Shown: piece by piece, positions 1 through 13,813 of the stretch
Layout: each line of letters starts with the position of its first letter
Position numbering within the stretch: position 1 is the first letter of the stretch
Assembly (NCBI RefSeq): GCF_018977255.1
Contig: NW_024704742.1
Coordinates: 35,280,001-35,344,000, forward strand
Direction of reading: 5' to 3'
Source: Callorhinchus milii
Taxonomy: Eukaryota
Length of the DNA stretch: 64,000 nt
Program-made: the position numbers and the translations under genes
The notes under the pieces: model-generated
Databases searched by the model: none
Told to the model about the DNA's origin: nothing
The model's input: only the letters and a program-made list of their open reading frames with translations

Positions 1-717
1 CTGCAAGTGATTGAATTACATTCACGTGTTATACAAAGCCTTACTAAGAGCAACACCATTAACATTAGATTGCAATAGGGTTTAAAACAGGTTAGATCAA
101 GCACAAGCTCCACTTCTTGTGATTTCCATCCTTTCATCAATTTCCCTTTTGCCAACCATACTCTCCAGAACCCAAAGATTTTGGTTTGTTGGGATGCTCT
201 TGGGAGGGAGTGGGGAAGGAGGAGGAAATAAATGATGCATCAAGAATTTTTTTCTGATCTGAAAATTGTGGACTTAGGGTTTTCAATACATACAAATGAA
301 GACGGAAAAATATTTGATATAGGTGGCTTGATGGTTGTATACTGTATTCTATGGGCAGTAAAACAGTAAAAAGTAATAAGTAGAATTGCAATGAGCCAGT
401 TTTTATCCCGAGAGAGTAATCCTTCCTGACAGTTTTTAAGGGTGTTAATTTGGGCAGTTTCAGTACCTGAGTCAAAGTATAAATTCCAGTTAAATCCTGC
501 ACAGGTTGTCCTAAATACTAAATTGACCTGTGTCAATAATTTTTTAACAGGCAGGAATATTATACAGAAACATGATTTGTATTCAGCTACAACAGACTAT
601 AGTTGGTCTCAAAGTCAAAGATAATCCTGCAACTACTCTATTTCTCATACCCGCGAATCATTATTCATCGTATAGCTACCTAAATGTGATTCCCTCTTGA
701 ATTTGCTGACAATTTTT

Positions 718-1046
718 GCGTTGACTCAGTTTATAGCTCTTTCTCCTCTGGATCAGAAAATTGTGACTTCATGCTCCATGTCGGGACTTGAGCTCTTAAT
801 CCAGGCTGATACTTCAATGCAGTACTGGGGATTGTTGCAATGTCGACGATACCTTCTTTCGCATTAGGTGTTAAACTGAAGTTCCGTCTGCATGTATACA
901 GGTGGACATTGAAGATGCCACAACTCTATTCAAATAGAGAAGAATGTTTCTCTTGATCTCCTGGCCAATAATCCTCTAAATTACATTGATCATTCTCCTC
1001 ATGGCTGTTTATCGAATCCACGGGAATACAAGGATTATTATTATTA
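718..1046 (+). mobile_element. Degenerate Deu-type (SacSINE1-like) tRNA-derived SINE
   Basis: Head 'gactcagtttatagctctttctcctctggatcagaa', core 'gttaaactgaagttccgtctgc...caggtggacattgaagatgcc' and tail 'caaggattattattatt' are colinear with the better copies at 5951 and 7199. Confidence 0.75.
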
Positions 1047-2339
1047 AGATAAGGTTCTATAAAAAAATGCATATTATTTCTTACATAGACATCGCATGTA
1101 ACCATCAGTTTGTTATTTCTGTGAATTTTGGATTAATTCTGTCTTTTATTCCTCTTTAAATTATTTTTCTCATGTAGAGATTTTGGAAACTGTAAATAAA
1201 GTTCAGAGCTTGATGATGTTTTATAGTAAAAAACAACAGCAAGAGGATTGGTGGGACAGGGAGGTCATTTTATGTAGGTTGCAATTGACATTTAGCACTC
1301 TGTGAAGCAATCCCATACCTGCATTCATTGACATTTGTCATTAGTACAGAAGAGCTGCCTCTAACAGCGAAAATGAGAAAAGTCTCCCAATTAACTGAAG
1401 CATCAAACAGCAAAAATTGTAGCAGGAAATTTTGCAGGCAGTGAGCGAGAGCAGGTCAGACTATAGGGAGGTAACCCATGGTTATCATATTTATCATGAC
1501 TAATGAGCATATCAATAGTAGTGCAAAGGAGAATCACAGTAGAGAACTTTCCTTATTATCCTTACGAGCGACGTACAAAATGGATATTTTTGTATCCTCG
1601 TGAAACGTTAAGAAAAGAAAGATTTCACTGAGCTTCGTGTTATTCTTTGTTTGGGTTTGGACATTATTTTTGGGAGTTGTTCAGGAGGATGGATTATTTC
1701 TGAATCCTTATGAAATCTTCCTTGGGGCTTGATTGGAGTAAAATAACAGAGATTGTCTTTGACAGCAGCAAAATGAGGCTAACGAATACCCTAATGAGGA
1801 TGTGCTACAGAGCCTGATCTATCCCGCTGAATTTGCATTAAGAGTGCAGATCTGCACGTCACAGCTCACATTACATTGGCTTGCAATCATTATTTTGATA
1901 GCTTTTGTTTGCCATGCAAAGAAGAGTTGAAGCAAGAGGATATGTAAGATGAGGCACATCAGCCATGTTTGGGTATTAGCAACATTTCACTCACGTAGAA
2001 AAACAATCTGTTTAAAAGTTGGCTCCTGACCTGGGCCAATAGAAAAGTGCAGACATATTTGCAAAAAAATTGCAGAGTGCTTTGCTGAAATTGTGGGGGC
2101 TTTGTTAAATTTTGCGGGGAAATTGCAAGGTTGATGATGCTACTCAGGTATATTTTATTGCTACATTTTTACACTTTATGGCTAAAAACTAAACATAAAG
2201 AAACACGTTAGATTGTTGCATAACAAATATTATTTGCTTCTTTGACAAAAACTGGAAGGCCGTTTTTTTTGTGGGGGTTGGGGGGAACTCCAGCGAGGCT
2301 GCAGGAGCTCACCACCTTCTGCCTCTAAAGGGCTGGCAC

Positions 2340-2940
2340 CGCACACAGACAGAGAGAGACACACACTCAGCAACCCAGAGAGACACACACTCTCAGAGAC
2401 ACACACACTCACAGACACGCACTCACAGACACAGAGACACACACTCACAGACACGCACTCACAGACACAGAGACACACACTCACAGACACAGAGAGAGAC
2501 ACACACTCACAGACACGCACTCACAGACACAGAGACACACACTCACAGACACAGAGACACACACTCACAGACACAGAGAGAGACACACACTCACAGACAC
2601 GCACTCACAGACACAGAGACACACACTCACAGACACAGAGAGAGACACACACTCACAGACACGCACTCACAGACACAGAGACACACACTCACAGACACAG
2701 AGAGAGAGACTCACACAAACTCAGACACAGAGAGAGAGACACACACCCACAGAGACACACACACTCACAGATGGACGCATACACATACAGAGACACACAC
2801 ACAGGCACACACGCTCACAGAGAGACACACACACACTCGCAAACAGAGACAACACACTCACAGAGAGAGACTTAGACTCACACAGACAATCACAGAGGCA
2901 CACTCACAGACAGAGATACACACACTCACAGACAGAGCCA
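2340..2940. repeat. Compound (CA/GA) microsatellite/minisatellite
   Basis: Reiterated 'cacagacacgcact', 'cacagacacagaga' and 'gacacacact' units; source of the spurious T/H/R-rich ORFs. Confidence 0.95.
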
Positions 2941-2943
2941 CAC

Positions 2944-3310
2944 GACAACAACAACAGCAACAAAATTACATTTGTACAGCGTCTTTCATGTCGGGAGCAT
3001 GTCCCAAGGCACTGGTCAGACAGAGTTTCGGACCTGAGCTGGGGGCTGGAGTCGAGGTGGGTGGAGGGCAGGGGGCGAAGCAGAGAGATCGAAAGCACGG
3101 TCGAAGAGAAGGGTCATGAGATGGATCTTGAAGGAGACAAGGGAGGGGGGAAGTGGTGGGAATGGGGGATGGAGTTCCAGAGGATGGGGCAGAGTAGCAC
3201 CAGGCCTACCCGCCAATAGTGGGTCGAGCGAGGTGGGGGATGTGACGCAGACCAGAGCCCGCTGAGCGGATGGAGCAAGCAGGATGGTAGGGGGTTAGGT
3301 TAGGGGTCGA
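2944..3310 (-). mobile_element. L2-clade LINE 3' end
   Basis: (CAA)n tail, 'ttacatttgtacagcgtctttcatgtcgggagcatgtcccaaggc', then purine-rich 'ggatcttgaaggagacaaggga...ggagttccagagg', the reverse complement of the L2 ORF2 end and 3'UTR. Confidence 0.8.
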
Positions 3311-3519
3311 GGAAAAGGTGCGGCTGCACTTTTCTATTGGTGATGCTCAGGTGATGGCACACTTTTCCAACAGCGCCACTTGCTGCAGCCCGCAGCCATC
3401 TTCCTGGATCACAAGAGATACTGTGACCAATGACAGTTAATAAGTAATCGTTGCTCTGTAAAGGAGATACTGGACTATTATTATTATACTGATATTTCTT
3501 CAGAGCCAAAATTTGCATA

Positions 3520-3625
3520 AATAATAAATAAGCCTTGTATTTGATATAGAGCCTCATCACGTCGTTGAGACGTCTCAAAGCACTTCACAGGATATACTGT
3601 AAAGTGGGTTGACTGTATTTTGTGA
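3520..3625 (-). mobile_element. SINE 3' tail fragment
   Basis: 'ccttgtatttgatatagagcctcatcacgtcgttgagacgtctcaaagcacttcacaggatatactgtaaagtg' matches the SINE tail consensus seen in this window. Confidence 0.8.
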
Positions 3626-5095
3626 GCGAAATTTATTTAAAAAACACCAAGTGAAATGTGCTTCGGAAACAAAACACAAAAAACTGCAACCTAAACTCCC
3701 AGGTTACACTCCCTCGGCTCTGCTGAGGGGACAGGTGGGCAATGTGCACTGCAGATATCACTATAGACTGCAGGGAGGATGTACACCTGGACGCATTCTA
3801 TACTATATCATCAAAGTACTCTGCAAATCCCTATTATTGATGGAGGTGCTCCTATCATTGTTTCCATGGTCTATTCCCTATACAAGACAATTTACATTTA
3901 TATAATGTTTTTTTTTGTTGGGAGGATTCTCAGAGAGCATTCACATTGCTGGTTGGGTACCTGAGCTGGGAGTGGGATCTGAGTGGGGTGGGTAGGGGAA
4001 CGATGACCAAACGTGGTCAGAGAAGTATATTTTGCGATGTGCCTTCAAAGAGGGAAGGTACTACAATTTATTTGGTAGAAATTCCATCCCTGTCCAGATT
4101 TACTCTATTTTCTTATCATTTCAGAGTGTCCAAGATATGCAAATTGTAACATTTAGTCTTGACTTTGCTGTCTGTTTTTTGTTCTTAAAACAAGTTTCAA
4201 AACTAATATCATCTTCAGAGGAGATGCATTTAAGACTTTGCCAAATTCTGGACCCTTTGACATGCAAAGAAAACAGAATACAATAACAACAACTTGCATT
4301 TATACAGCGCACTTCACAAGAGTCACATCTTGGAATGCTTAACATTGGTGTGGTTTGATGCTACGCTGGAAAGATCAGAGAAATTACTTAGGTAGAATCC
4401 AGGAGGAAGATGGAGGGATTATGGCTGGGAGGGTATACACCTAGACCCATCCTATGCTATATCATCAAAGCACTCTGCCCGACCAGGACAGACAGAGACT
4501 CCTCTGAAGATGATATTTAAAGAGATAATGTTGTTGCACACAGCAGTTTGCATACAAGCTCAGTTACTAAAATTGTCCAAGAACAATCTCATTTGCAGAT
4601 GCCAATGGAGGTTGTGATTGCACTGAAATAGAGAACATGGGCAAGAAATTGCTCAAGCTGTTAACTGAAGTGACTTAGTCGTGACATGAACAGATTTCTG
4701 ATCTATATTTGTGGCAGTGTGAACTTTCCGAACTCAGCTTTCATAATTTACTATACAAATGATCAAAATTAAGATTAAGAAATATACTTTTAGTGTAATT
4801 GATGATATGATGAAGTCACATTAACACAGTGTCATGCATCCCACTTCGGGTATTCACATGGTACATGGAAGATCTTTAGCATGGTAGCCACAACCCTTTA
4901 ACGTCTGAGGCTCTACATTCTCATGCTCTTAGCTATAAAACGACTGTCTTAAAATTTATTATCATACAGAAATATGAAAATATTTTAAATATAGCCATAA
5001 TTGGGAAAACCTTTATTCTATAGTTATTCTTAAGGCCCCACTGTGCCCTGAACTCTAATCATGCATTGTACTCAGGAATAACCTGTAAAAAGGTC

Positions 5096-5325
5096 ACAAC
5101 AACAACAACAACAACAAGATTCCATTTATAAAGCGCCTTTCACGTCAGGAGGACGTCCCAAGGTGCTGCACAGTTGGGTCATGACCCGAGCAGGGGGGAA
5201 ATGGTCAGGGTGAGGGGAGGGGAGGGAGCGAGGAGGGGGGAAATGGTCAGGGTGAGGGGAGGGATGGGAGGGAGCGAGAAGGGGGAAGAGAGTCGAGAGG
5301 GGAGCTGAAGGCACGGTCAAAGAGA
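5096..5325 (-). mobile_element. L2 LINE 3' end with internal tandem duplication
   Basis: (CAA)n, 'tttataaagcgcctttcacgtcaggaggacgtcccaagg'; 'ggggggaaatggtcagggtgaggggaggg' occurs twice in tandem. Confidence 0.8.
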
Positions 5326-5950
5326 ATGATAGATCTCAAACAAAACGTTGACCTGGTGTTTGGAATTCAATTCTGTATAAACCGCACCAATTCTTTGTGA
5401 GACATTCTTTGGATCCTTTAGGGCATATGACCCATGAGATGTTTAAAATAATCTTTCTCAGATTTCTGTAGAAATTAGTCTTTGGTTAATCCTTTGCCAT
5501 CACAAATATTTCATATTTTTGACAAAAGAATTATTAGGACTGATCCAATTTACAATCACTGCAGCTACTCACCCTAAAAATGTCCTGCATTCTCAGTATA
5601 GATTTAGAGAGCAAATCATCCCAAAATACTGCAATACATCCATTTCTGTCTTAAATCTGACTGCATCTTTTGCAAAATAAAAAAAAATGAGGAAATTGAG
5701 GTTTGGGTTGTTTCCAAGTTGAATTGGAATGAAAAGGAAGATATTTTTAAAGAAAGAATTGTAAGCAATATTTTTATAGGGCAACTACCTCTGTTTTTCT
5801 CAACAATCTGTCTGTTGACCTACCTGAGAAGTTGTTGCAAGGCCTCCACCAATGACACGCTGAATCAGTCACTCGAAGGTGCCCATATGCGATTCTCCCT
5901 CTAAATGTCTTTTTCTCCCAGTGGAGTGTGACCTCCCTTACTACGAATTG

Positions 5951-6392
5951 TGTCAGTCTGGCTCAGATGGTAGCTCTCTTACTTCTGAGTCAGAATATTG
6001 TGGAACTCAAGCCCTATATCAGGACTTTGAGCTGCTACTCTAGACTGGCATTTCAAAAGGGTGCTGGTGTGTTCTGCATTGTTGGACACACCGTATTTCG
6101 GATGAGACATTAAACCAAGAAACATGAAAAACATGAAAGATCCCATGGCACTCTTTGAGAAGAGAAGGGAATTTCTCTCAACATCGTAGCCAACATTACC
6201 TCCAAATAAAATGGGTTATTCACTTCATCAGTGTTGGTAGGACATTGCTGTGCGCAAATTGGCTGCTGCATTTGCCTACAAAATACTAATATTACTTCTC
6301 ACTACTTCACAGTAAAGTTCTGTGACATGCTTTGAGACATCCTCCCAATGTGAAAGGTGCTATTTCAAATTAAGAATAATTATTATTATTAA
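5951..6392 (+). mobile_element. Full-length Deu-type tRNA-derived SINE
   Basis: A-box-like 'tggctcagatgg', core 'ggatgagacattaaacc...aaagatcccatggcact', 'tgtgcgcaaattggctgc', tail 'gaaaggtgctatttcaaat' + (TAT)n. Confidence 0.85.
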
Positions 6393-7198
6393 TACAGTAC
6401 TTCTGATCTTTGACCAATGCTGTGGCACATTTTGATCACTGGAACACCAGGAAAAACTCTTTCTGAATATTGTCTTGGGGATCTTAACATCATCTGAATA
6501 GGCAAACAGGACCTTGTTTTGACATTTTAGCTGAAGAGTGACAATCTAGAATTTCCCCAGCACTGCACTGCAGCCTAGACATTGAGCTCAAAGTACTTCT
6601 AGTTGGCTAAGGAGACACTATGTTTGTATCTTTCCTCCCATTAAGCAAAAATGTGCAGTGCGATAATTATCACTGGTTTTATTAAGCTATTTTTCTGTGA
6701 AATAACACTGAGCCACTGTGCTCTGCAAGCACTGATAACAATGATATGCATCAATACTTTTGAGCCAGTTTAGGACTAAAGAACTGTGCTGACTGAATCT
6801 ATTCACATGCCTGGTAAAATCTAATAATCAAAGTGCTAATTTTCATATCCCATGTTGCATTCCACTCCAGAAAATCATATAACTTAAAGCTTAGGAAGAG
6901 GCCATTAGGCAATTTGAGTCTAAACTGCTGCTGGCTTCATTTGCCTGCAAGAACTTTTGGATAACTTTCCTGGTCAGCACTCTGAATACTCTTGCATTTA
7001 ACTCCTAATTCCCTTTCCTGTTCTTTGCTGCTGTCCTATTTACATTGAACTACATCCGCCTCCTATCAGCCAAACTACCCAAAAGATCCAAATCCTTCTG
7101 AATCAGCATTCTTCCTTAATATTTATACTTCTTGTTATTTTAGTATTTCCGAAAACCTTTTTGCTTAGGATAAACCCATCCAACGATTTTTCATATGA

Positions 7199-7612
7199 GT
7201 CAGTCTGGCTCCCTTGGTAGCACTGTTGCCTCTGAGTCAGAAGGTTGTGAGATCAAGCCTTATGTTGATACATAAACTCATATAAGCTAGGTTGACACTC
7301 CAATGCAGTACTGAGTGCATGCTGCATTGCTGGAGATCCTGTCTTTGGATGAGACATTAAACCATGGTCCCGTTTGCCTGTTCAGATCCTATGGCACTAT
7401 TTGAAAAGAAAAGGGAGTTTCTTCCAATGTCCTGCCCCAAATACAATTGGTCACTTGTTTCATGCCTGTTTGTGGGACCTTGCTGTGTCCAATTGGACAA
7501 TTGCGTTCGCCTACAAATACACAATCGCTTCCTTCACAGTAAGTCCTATAAAGCGCCTTGAGACGTCCTCCTGACACGAAAGGTGCTATAAGTAAATGCA
7601 ATGATTATTAAT
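7199..7612 (+). mobile_element. Full-length Deu-type SINE
   Basis: 'gtcagtctggctcccttggtagcactgttgcctctgagtcagaaggttgtg' through 'aaagcgccttgagacgtcctcctgacacgaaaggtgctata'. Confidence 0.88.
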
Positions 7613-10600
7613 ATATTTAACATAAAGATAAATCTGCTTTGTTAAAGTTTGTGCTACAGGAGACACAGCATCTTCAACAGTGCAGAGCTATTGTAACTGG
7701 TAGTATGATGACACAGTAGTGGTGTTTTCAGACCAGACTGCTCTCAAATGTTCTACGCTGTATCTGCTAGAGATTCTCAAGAAGCCACCAAAATCCTTTC
7801 AAATAGTTACCAGAAAAAGTCGATGCTCAAGAGGACTGTTGTTAATGCCTGGAAAATTATTATTTTTATTTAAAAAAAGTTATGTGGACAAATTTATAAT
7901 TTAGTCCCAACATTTTTACAGAGTGACATATTATTAATACAAATTACTATGTTGTATATAAATATTTGGTTTAATTATTTGTTGCTACCTATAGTATTGT
8001 CTACTCAACAGGAGTTTACTTATTGGAATCAGTCGTATATTCTTGAGAAATGTTCAAGCTAAAAGGACTGAGTTGCCTGCAGTGCATTTTAAGGAAAAAT
8101 GAAATTGTATAATTTATACAATAAAGAACTGTTTTGCTTCATTCACTCATTAGTGTCAGTATTTTACAACAGAATTGTGAACAGGACCTGGGAATAATGA
8201 AGGCGTGCGATTATTCATTTTTCTTTGCACTGCTGAGCTTTAAGGCAAACAGGTTCATTCATCAGTGCATACAAATCATATGAAGACAGCCTGATCTGCA
8301 AAGGCACTTTTTTCTTTCCTCCCTCCCCTTTGCTATGATCCCCTCGCAGCCTGGCAGGCCAGAAGGTGGGGTGGTGCCTTAGGATAATGGCAGCAGAAGG
8401 CACAGGAAGCCGACAGCTGGCAAACGCTACTCCAATATGTTTCCATGAACGAGGCGAGGAAATTTCAGAAGATGTGATGCCTGAATGACACACTCAGCGG
8501 TAGAGGGAGATTAAAAAAAATTAGTTAACATCTTGCTTATTTCACCCCACGATGCACATTTCAGTGGAGGAACCTGATTGTAGAAACCATTTACATTACA
8601 AAAAAAACAACCAAAAACTTAACAGTTAATTAGAGAAAATGATGTCCTGTTTCCTAAATCTAACCCAGAAACAGATGTAGCCCAAGAATAATGTAACTAG
8701 CAACCTCTCTTTTGTGTTGCTGCATACCAGCCTGCTGAAAGTCTAATTGATCACTTTTTCTGACATTATCTACTATAGTTGTACCTCTAATGAGGTAGAA
8801 AAAAATGCACATTAATGACAGAGTTATTTAGTTCTACAAAAGGTAATTGCTTATAATTTCTGTTTACATCCATCAGGTTATTAGCAGAAAACAAACCTAT
8901 CTATTCTACATGCTTATTAGACCTGTTGTAAATTGTATATGTTCTGCCAACCCGAACATTGTTTGTACATTAGCTTGCTGCGGTATTTCATTCTGTTGCA
9001 AATGCAACAGTGGAAATGAATCGGCTTCAATACTGCTGCCTGAACATATTTCACAGCCAAAAAATCCTGCTGTTTTGATGGTTACATCTGAAGCTCAATG
9101 ATGTTGTGCTACATGTATGTAACTGATAGATAGTTAATGCTCAGTATGAAAGATGTAAAGACTGGCATGTGAAGAGAATAGTTTTGGTTGACACAATCTT
9201 TGACGTTATTTCCTTATTAAGAAAATAAATTAAAGTTTTATTAAAACAAATAGACCCAGCTCCGCAAGTTACCTATTCATTCTTCTTGAAGCAGAACCTA
9301 CTCTTCTCAATCAATGCTGGCTGTCTCTTGTAAAAAAGAATGGTTACATTTTGTGTATGTCCATTTATATAGTGCCCTGTACCTTTAGCCACCAAACTAC
9401 TGGCACTCTTTTCAAAGATCTCCTTGTTTTGTTTCTTCTCAGTTACATTAAAAGTAAACAAATAAAAGTAATGAATATACGTCAGTGATGAAACTTTGGC
9501 TTTAAAGACTGCAGACTTGATTTGTATCATTTATTTTTGGTAGTGGAGCAAGGCTCATCTGTAAAGTCAGAGAAATCCTAACTTGCTTCCCCTATCTGGG
9601 ACTGAGATACCCTTTTAATCTGGGCGGGATCCTCTCAAGATCCTCTTGAGTGTTTGAGGACATTCAGGTACCATGGTTCTTTTGCAATCTATTGGCTTGC
9701 TTGTGCAGCTCTGAGCACATTCTTAACTCTCTACATGTCAGACTGGGAGAGGACACAGGTCTCGTTCTGTATAATTACTGTATTTTGAGGGCCCCAGATT
9801 TTCTTCTGGTTTAAGAATAGCCTCAAATTGACTGTGATGTATGCAAGTCAGCTCTTGGTTGCTGATTTTGCGTGCGCACATCCAACACTGAATCCAAGGT
9901 TGTTTCATCACAGTAACCATGTTGGAAGGCCCTTCNTTTTTTGTGGTCCTTTCCTAGAGCAGTAAGGGACGTGACCAAATTAGTGATCTGTCACTAGCCA
10001 GATGTGGATGGGTAGCTCTACTGGGACTGGTGAACTGGTTGATGCTGCACCATTAGCCCCTTGAGACATCCTCCCGACATGAAAGGCACGATACAAATGT
10101 AATTTGTTGCTGTTGTTGTCAGCCAGGGAGTGGGAATCCCCAAGACACTATGCTGCGTAAAGGATTCTATATAAATGCAAGTTGTTTTTGTATATATCTA
10201 TTCGCTTCACACTCCCCACCTTGGCTAAAATGTACTTATTAGCAGTCAATTAGAATAGACTTGTTATCTGTTACCATTGCATGGATTCGGGTGACCTTCT
10301 GCACTAAGAGATCTGTCAAACTGAAGGAATGCTGCACACAAAGAGTTTTAACTTGAAAGTTAAAAAAATTAGAATTAAAAAAAGTTGGATATTATGATGA
10401 TAAACATATACAAATTGTGCTGATCATTTGATAATACTCTGCATTTGTTTAAGTGACATTTGCAGCCATTTAGACAAGACCATGAGGCACAAGAATTTAT
10501 TAGAATGCATGTCATTAATGTCAGATTTGGCTTTTGACCTATGTGAATATGCACTGCATGTTGTAAATGTTAAGGTTAGCCAACATCTAATCTCTGCTCC

Positions 10601-11361
10601 ACAAATCTTACAAGATTTGACTGATTTTATTGGAGCATAAAATACATTAACCAGATTGATTTAAGCGGATCTTGTAGAATTGTACAATATTAAGTTAAGA
10701 AACCTAAACACTCAAATCGGAGGTAGCGTATTCAACATAATATTTGTGTAAATCATACTTAATCAATAATTGGCACATTGTGAAACACTCCTGACATGAA
10801 ATGTGAAATGTGAAATTCTTACCAAATGTAAGGATTATTATTGTTGTCTTAGCATATTCTTAGCATATTTTGAGTATTCTGCTACATAAGATTCATACAA
10901 TGGGGGAACAGAGGTGAAGTGTGGACATCATATGATTGAGTCCTTGTTAATATAATGCTTTATCTTGTTAAGGGCTTGATTACTATTCTATAAATCTGAA
11001 GGAAGAGAGAGAATGAAAGGAATTGCTGACCCCACCTCAATCCATTTGTTCTTAAACATGGGAAGATTGGGAGGCTGAGAGCAGACAGTGTTAATAATTG
11101 CACGGTTTCTCTGGTCAGGAGCTTGAAATGGAGGAGGTCAACATGAGCACAATTATTATTTTTCTCATCATGATCCACCTTGCATAGCTATGGGTAAAGG
11201 TATATCCACCAAAACTCTGGGAACCAAGGTGAGATGGTGGGACTGAGTTGATCAAACTCATCTTCAGAAGATGAATCCCTGAAGTTGGCCTAATGGAACA
11301 TTACATTTCATGTGCTGGACCAGCACATAATAAATCATTGTGGGCTTGTAATGAATGTTGA

Positions 11362-11610
11362 ATCATAGAATCTTACAGCACAGAAGGAAGCAATTCATCC
11401 CATCGTGTCTGTGCTGGCTCTTTGAAAGAGGTACCAACTAGTCTCACTCCCCTTCTCTTACCCAGCCCTGCATATGTTTCCTTTTTAAGTACCCATCCAA
11501 TTCCCTTTTGAAAACTACTCCTCGTCTCCCCTCTGGTTCTTTTGCCAATTATCGTAAATCTGTGTCTTCTGGTTAATGACTAACCTCCAAAGGAAACAGC
11601 CTCTCTTGTC
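11362..11610 (-). mobile_element. CR1-clade LINE 3' end
   Basis: 'atcatagaatcttacagcacagaaggaagcaattcatcccatcgtgtctgtgctggctc...atccaattcccttttgaaa' is the typical reverse-complemented CR1 terminus. Confidence 0.75.
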
Positions 11611-12380
11611 TAATCCCAGTCACTCTAGTGTAGTTGTGCAGTTCAAGTCCAGGCATAGCTGCATTTTGAGAACAAATCTAAAACTTGTCTTAACTATTAA
11701 TAGTTAAAATGAATGTTTCATGTTAGACGAGTAGGGCTTTTAAAGTGTTTGGCTGGGCCCTCAGTTTTAATCAGTTCTCCATCTCTTGTTTTAGCAGAAA
11801 ATAAACTGGGCATTACAACTATATTATTAATTAAGTGATTTATTAATTAATTGCTTTTATTGCTTTATTAATTATCTCAAGTTTCACAAACCTTTACTCC
11901 CAACTCCCACTGCAGCCACTTGTCATGTCTTATAATTTTAATAGCCAAGTCCATAATCCCAGTTTTGAGAAATATTAATAAAACCTGAGGCTGACAAGGA
12001 AGCTGCTGTGGTGTCTGAGAAATAAGTCATTCTTCATTAAATATCATCACCTAGAAACAATTGTACCCAAAATAAAAATAGACTTCTATTATCCCAATCT
12101 TCTTGACACTGGGGAGATCTAAGCTTATATTCCTTCCTGTTCACGGGACCAAATAGAACATTGCCTAGATCAGTACCTTATCAATGTTTGAATCTATGTC
12201 ATCTCTCCCACAGTGAAATCCCAATGAACCTCATTGAGAGGTATGAATGATAAATGGATTAGATTGTGATTGATGCATTTCACTCAAGTAAGATGTTAAC
12301 TCATGTATCTCTCTTGTTCAGAGGAAAGGTTCATATTTTAATTGAGATTGCACACACTGCACTGCAATTGAGATTGCACA

Positions 12381-12617
12381 TATTGTGAAGTGAATTGACT
12401 GTATATTTGTGGGCAAAACACGGCAGCCAATTGCGTACAGCAGTGTCCCACAAACAGTCGTGGATTGAGTGACCAAATTATTCTTGTTTTTTTTCTTGAG
12501 GGATTATTATCAGGTGTGGAGTAAGGAAACTTGCCCAAGGTTTCACCCTGGCAGGAATCAACCCAGGTCTCTTGCTTGCAAGGCAAGTGCTCTAACCACA
12601 GAGCTACAGGACTCCAC
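12381..12617 (-). mobile_element. tRNA-Ala-headed SINE, short subfamily, 3' tail missing
   Basis: Colinear with the 36866 and 32575 copies from the head to 'ttcacttcac', then stops. Confidence 0.9.
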
Positions 12618-12817
12618 AACATAACTCAGTTGAAGAGGCTGACTTAGCCTTTACAAGATGAGCGTGACAATTCAATTGCATAAAAAATAAACTAGAATTC
12701 AGTATTAAACTAATATCAATTACGTAAACAACTCTTTGCAACTACAATGCTAGTACCAATTAAAAACAATCAGACTAGGTCAATTTGTTTGCATTGTAGA
12801 TTAAAATTTGGTTATAA

Positions 12818-13290
12818 CAATAATAATCATCTGTGCATTTAATATAGCACCTTGTCACATTATCAAAACACTTTACAAGATTTACTTTAAAGTGTAGTGG
12901 CCAATGGAAACCAATTTGCACACAGCAATGTCCCACAAACAGTGATGAAGTGAATGACCCACAACAAGAACAAGATTACATTTTGTATAGCGCCTTTCAC
13001 ATCGGGAGGACGTCCCAATTCTATCTTGGGGATTGTTGCCCGATATACCAAGAGAAACACTCATCTCTTTTCGAATAGTGCCATTGATCTTTAACGCCCA
13101 CCTGAACAGACAGATAGGACCTCAGATTAATAACTCATCTGAAGGATGGCACTGCTGACAATGCAATGCTCTCCCAGCATTGCATTCGAGTGTCAGCCTA
13201 GACTGTGAGCTCAAACCCCAACATGGGACTTGAACCAGAAACCTTCTGACTCCGAGGTGAGCGAGCTACCAATTGAGCCAGGCTGACAGC
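12818..13290 (-). mobile_element. Deu-type SINE containing an inserted L2 tail (12961-13020)
   Basis: Head 'ccttctgactccgaggtgagcgagctaccaattgagccaggctgac' and core 'gatctttaacgcccacctgaacagacag'; internal 'acaacaagaacaagattacattttgtatagcgcctttcacatcgggaggacgtccc'. Confidence 0.82.
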
Positions 13291-13715
13291 TCATAAATAT
13301 GTGTTGGTTAATTCTCCTGATAAATGCCCCTTATTGTAAATGTTTTCATGTTATTAATGATGACATGCATGTCTGCAGAATGTTTTTGCTGAAGAATTAA
13401 CTGGATTTTGGGTAACCTTAGGTAGACTCAATGGTTTTGCAGCAAATTATCTGTGAATGTGAATTGATGTTGTTTTCTTTGCTTTCTGCAGAAAGGTTTC
13501 AGTTGCAGGTTTTTATCTTAAATAATTGACCTTTCATTCATTTTTCATTCATTTTACAGTTTCATCTCAGAATATTTCATTAGCTTTCAAAAGCCTTCAC
13601 CATGTGTGCAACAGAAAATGAATATTGCATTGAATCATTAAGTACATCAATGAATATTGTCTGCTTGCTTATTTTTTTCAGTGAAGGCATTATAGACGTG
13701 TGTAACAACTGTGGA

Positions 13716-13813
13716 GAATTGTGGAAAGCTCTTAAATTCAGTCTGTTCCTTTTAATTACTGAGGAAAAAAGAGCTTTCAAATTAAGGCTGAATTTAACAA
13801 TTTTCCACAATTC
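13716..13813. repeat. Palindromic MITE-like element (29-bp arms)
   Basis: 13716-13744 matches the reverse complement of 13785-13813 at 25/29 positions; related copies near 39590 and 44925. Confidence 0.7.

Noticed and set aside
2271..3119. 282-aa ORF (longest in the window) and overlapping antisense ORFs
   Set aside because: Translation of a CA/GA simple repeat running into an antisense L2 tail; low complexity, not a gene
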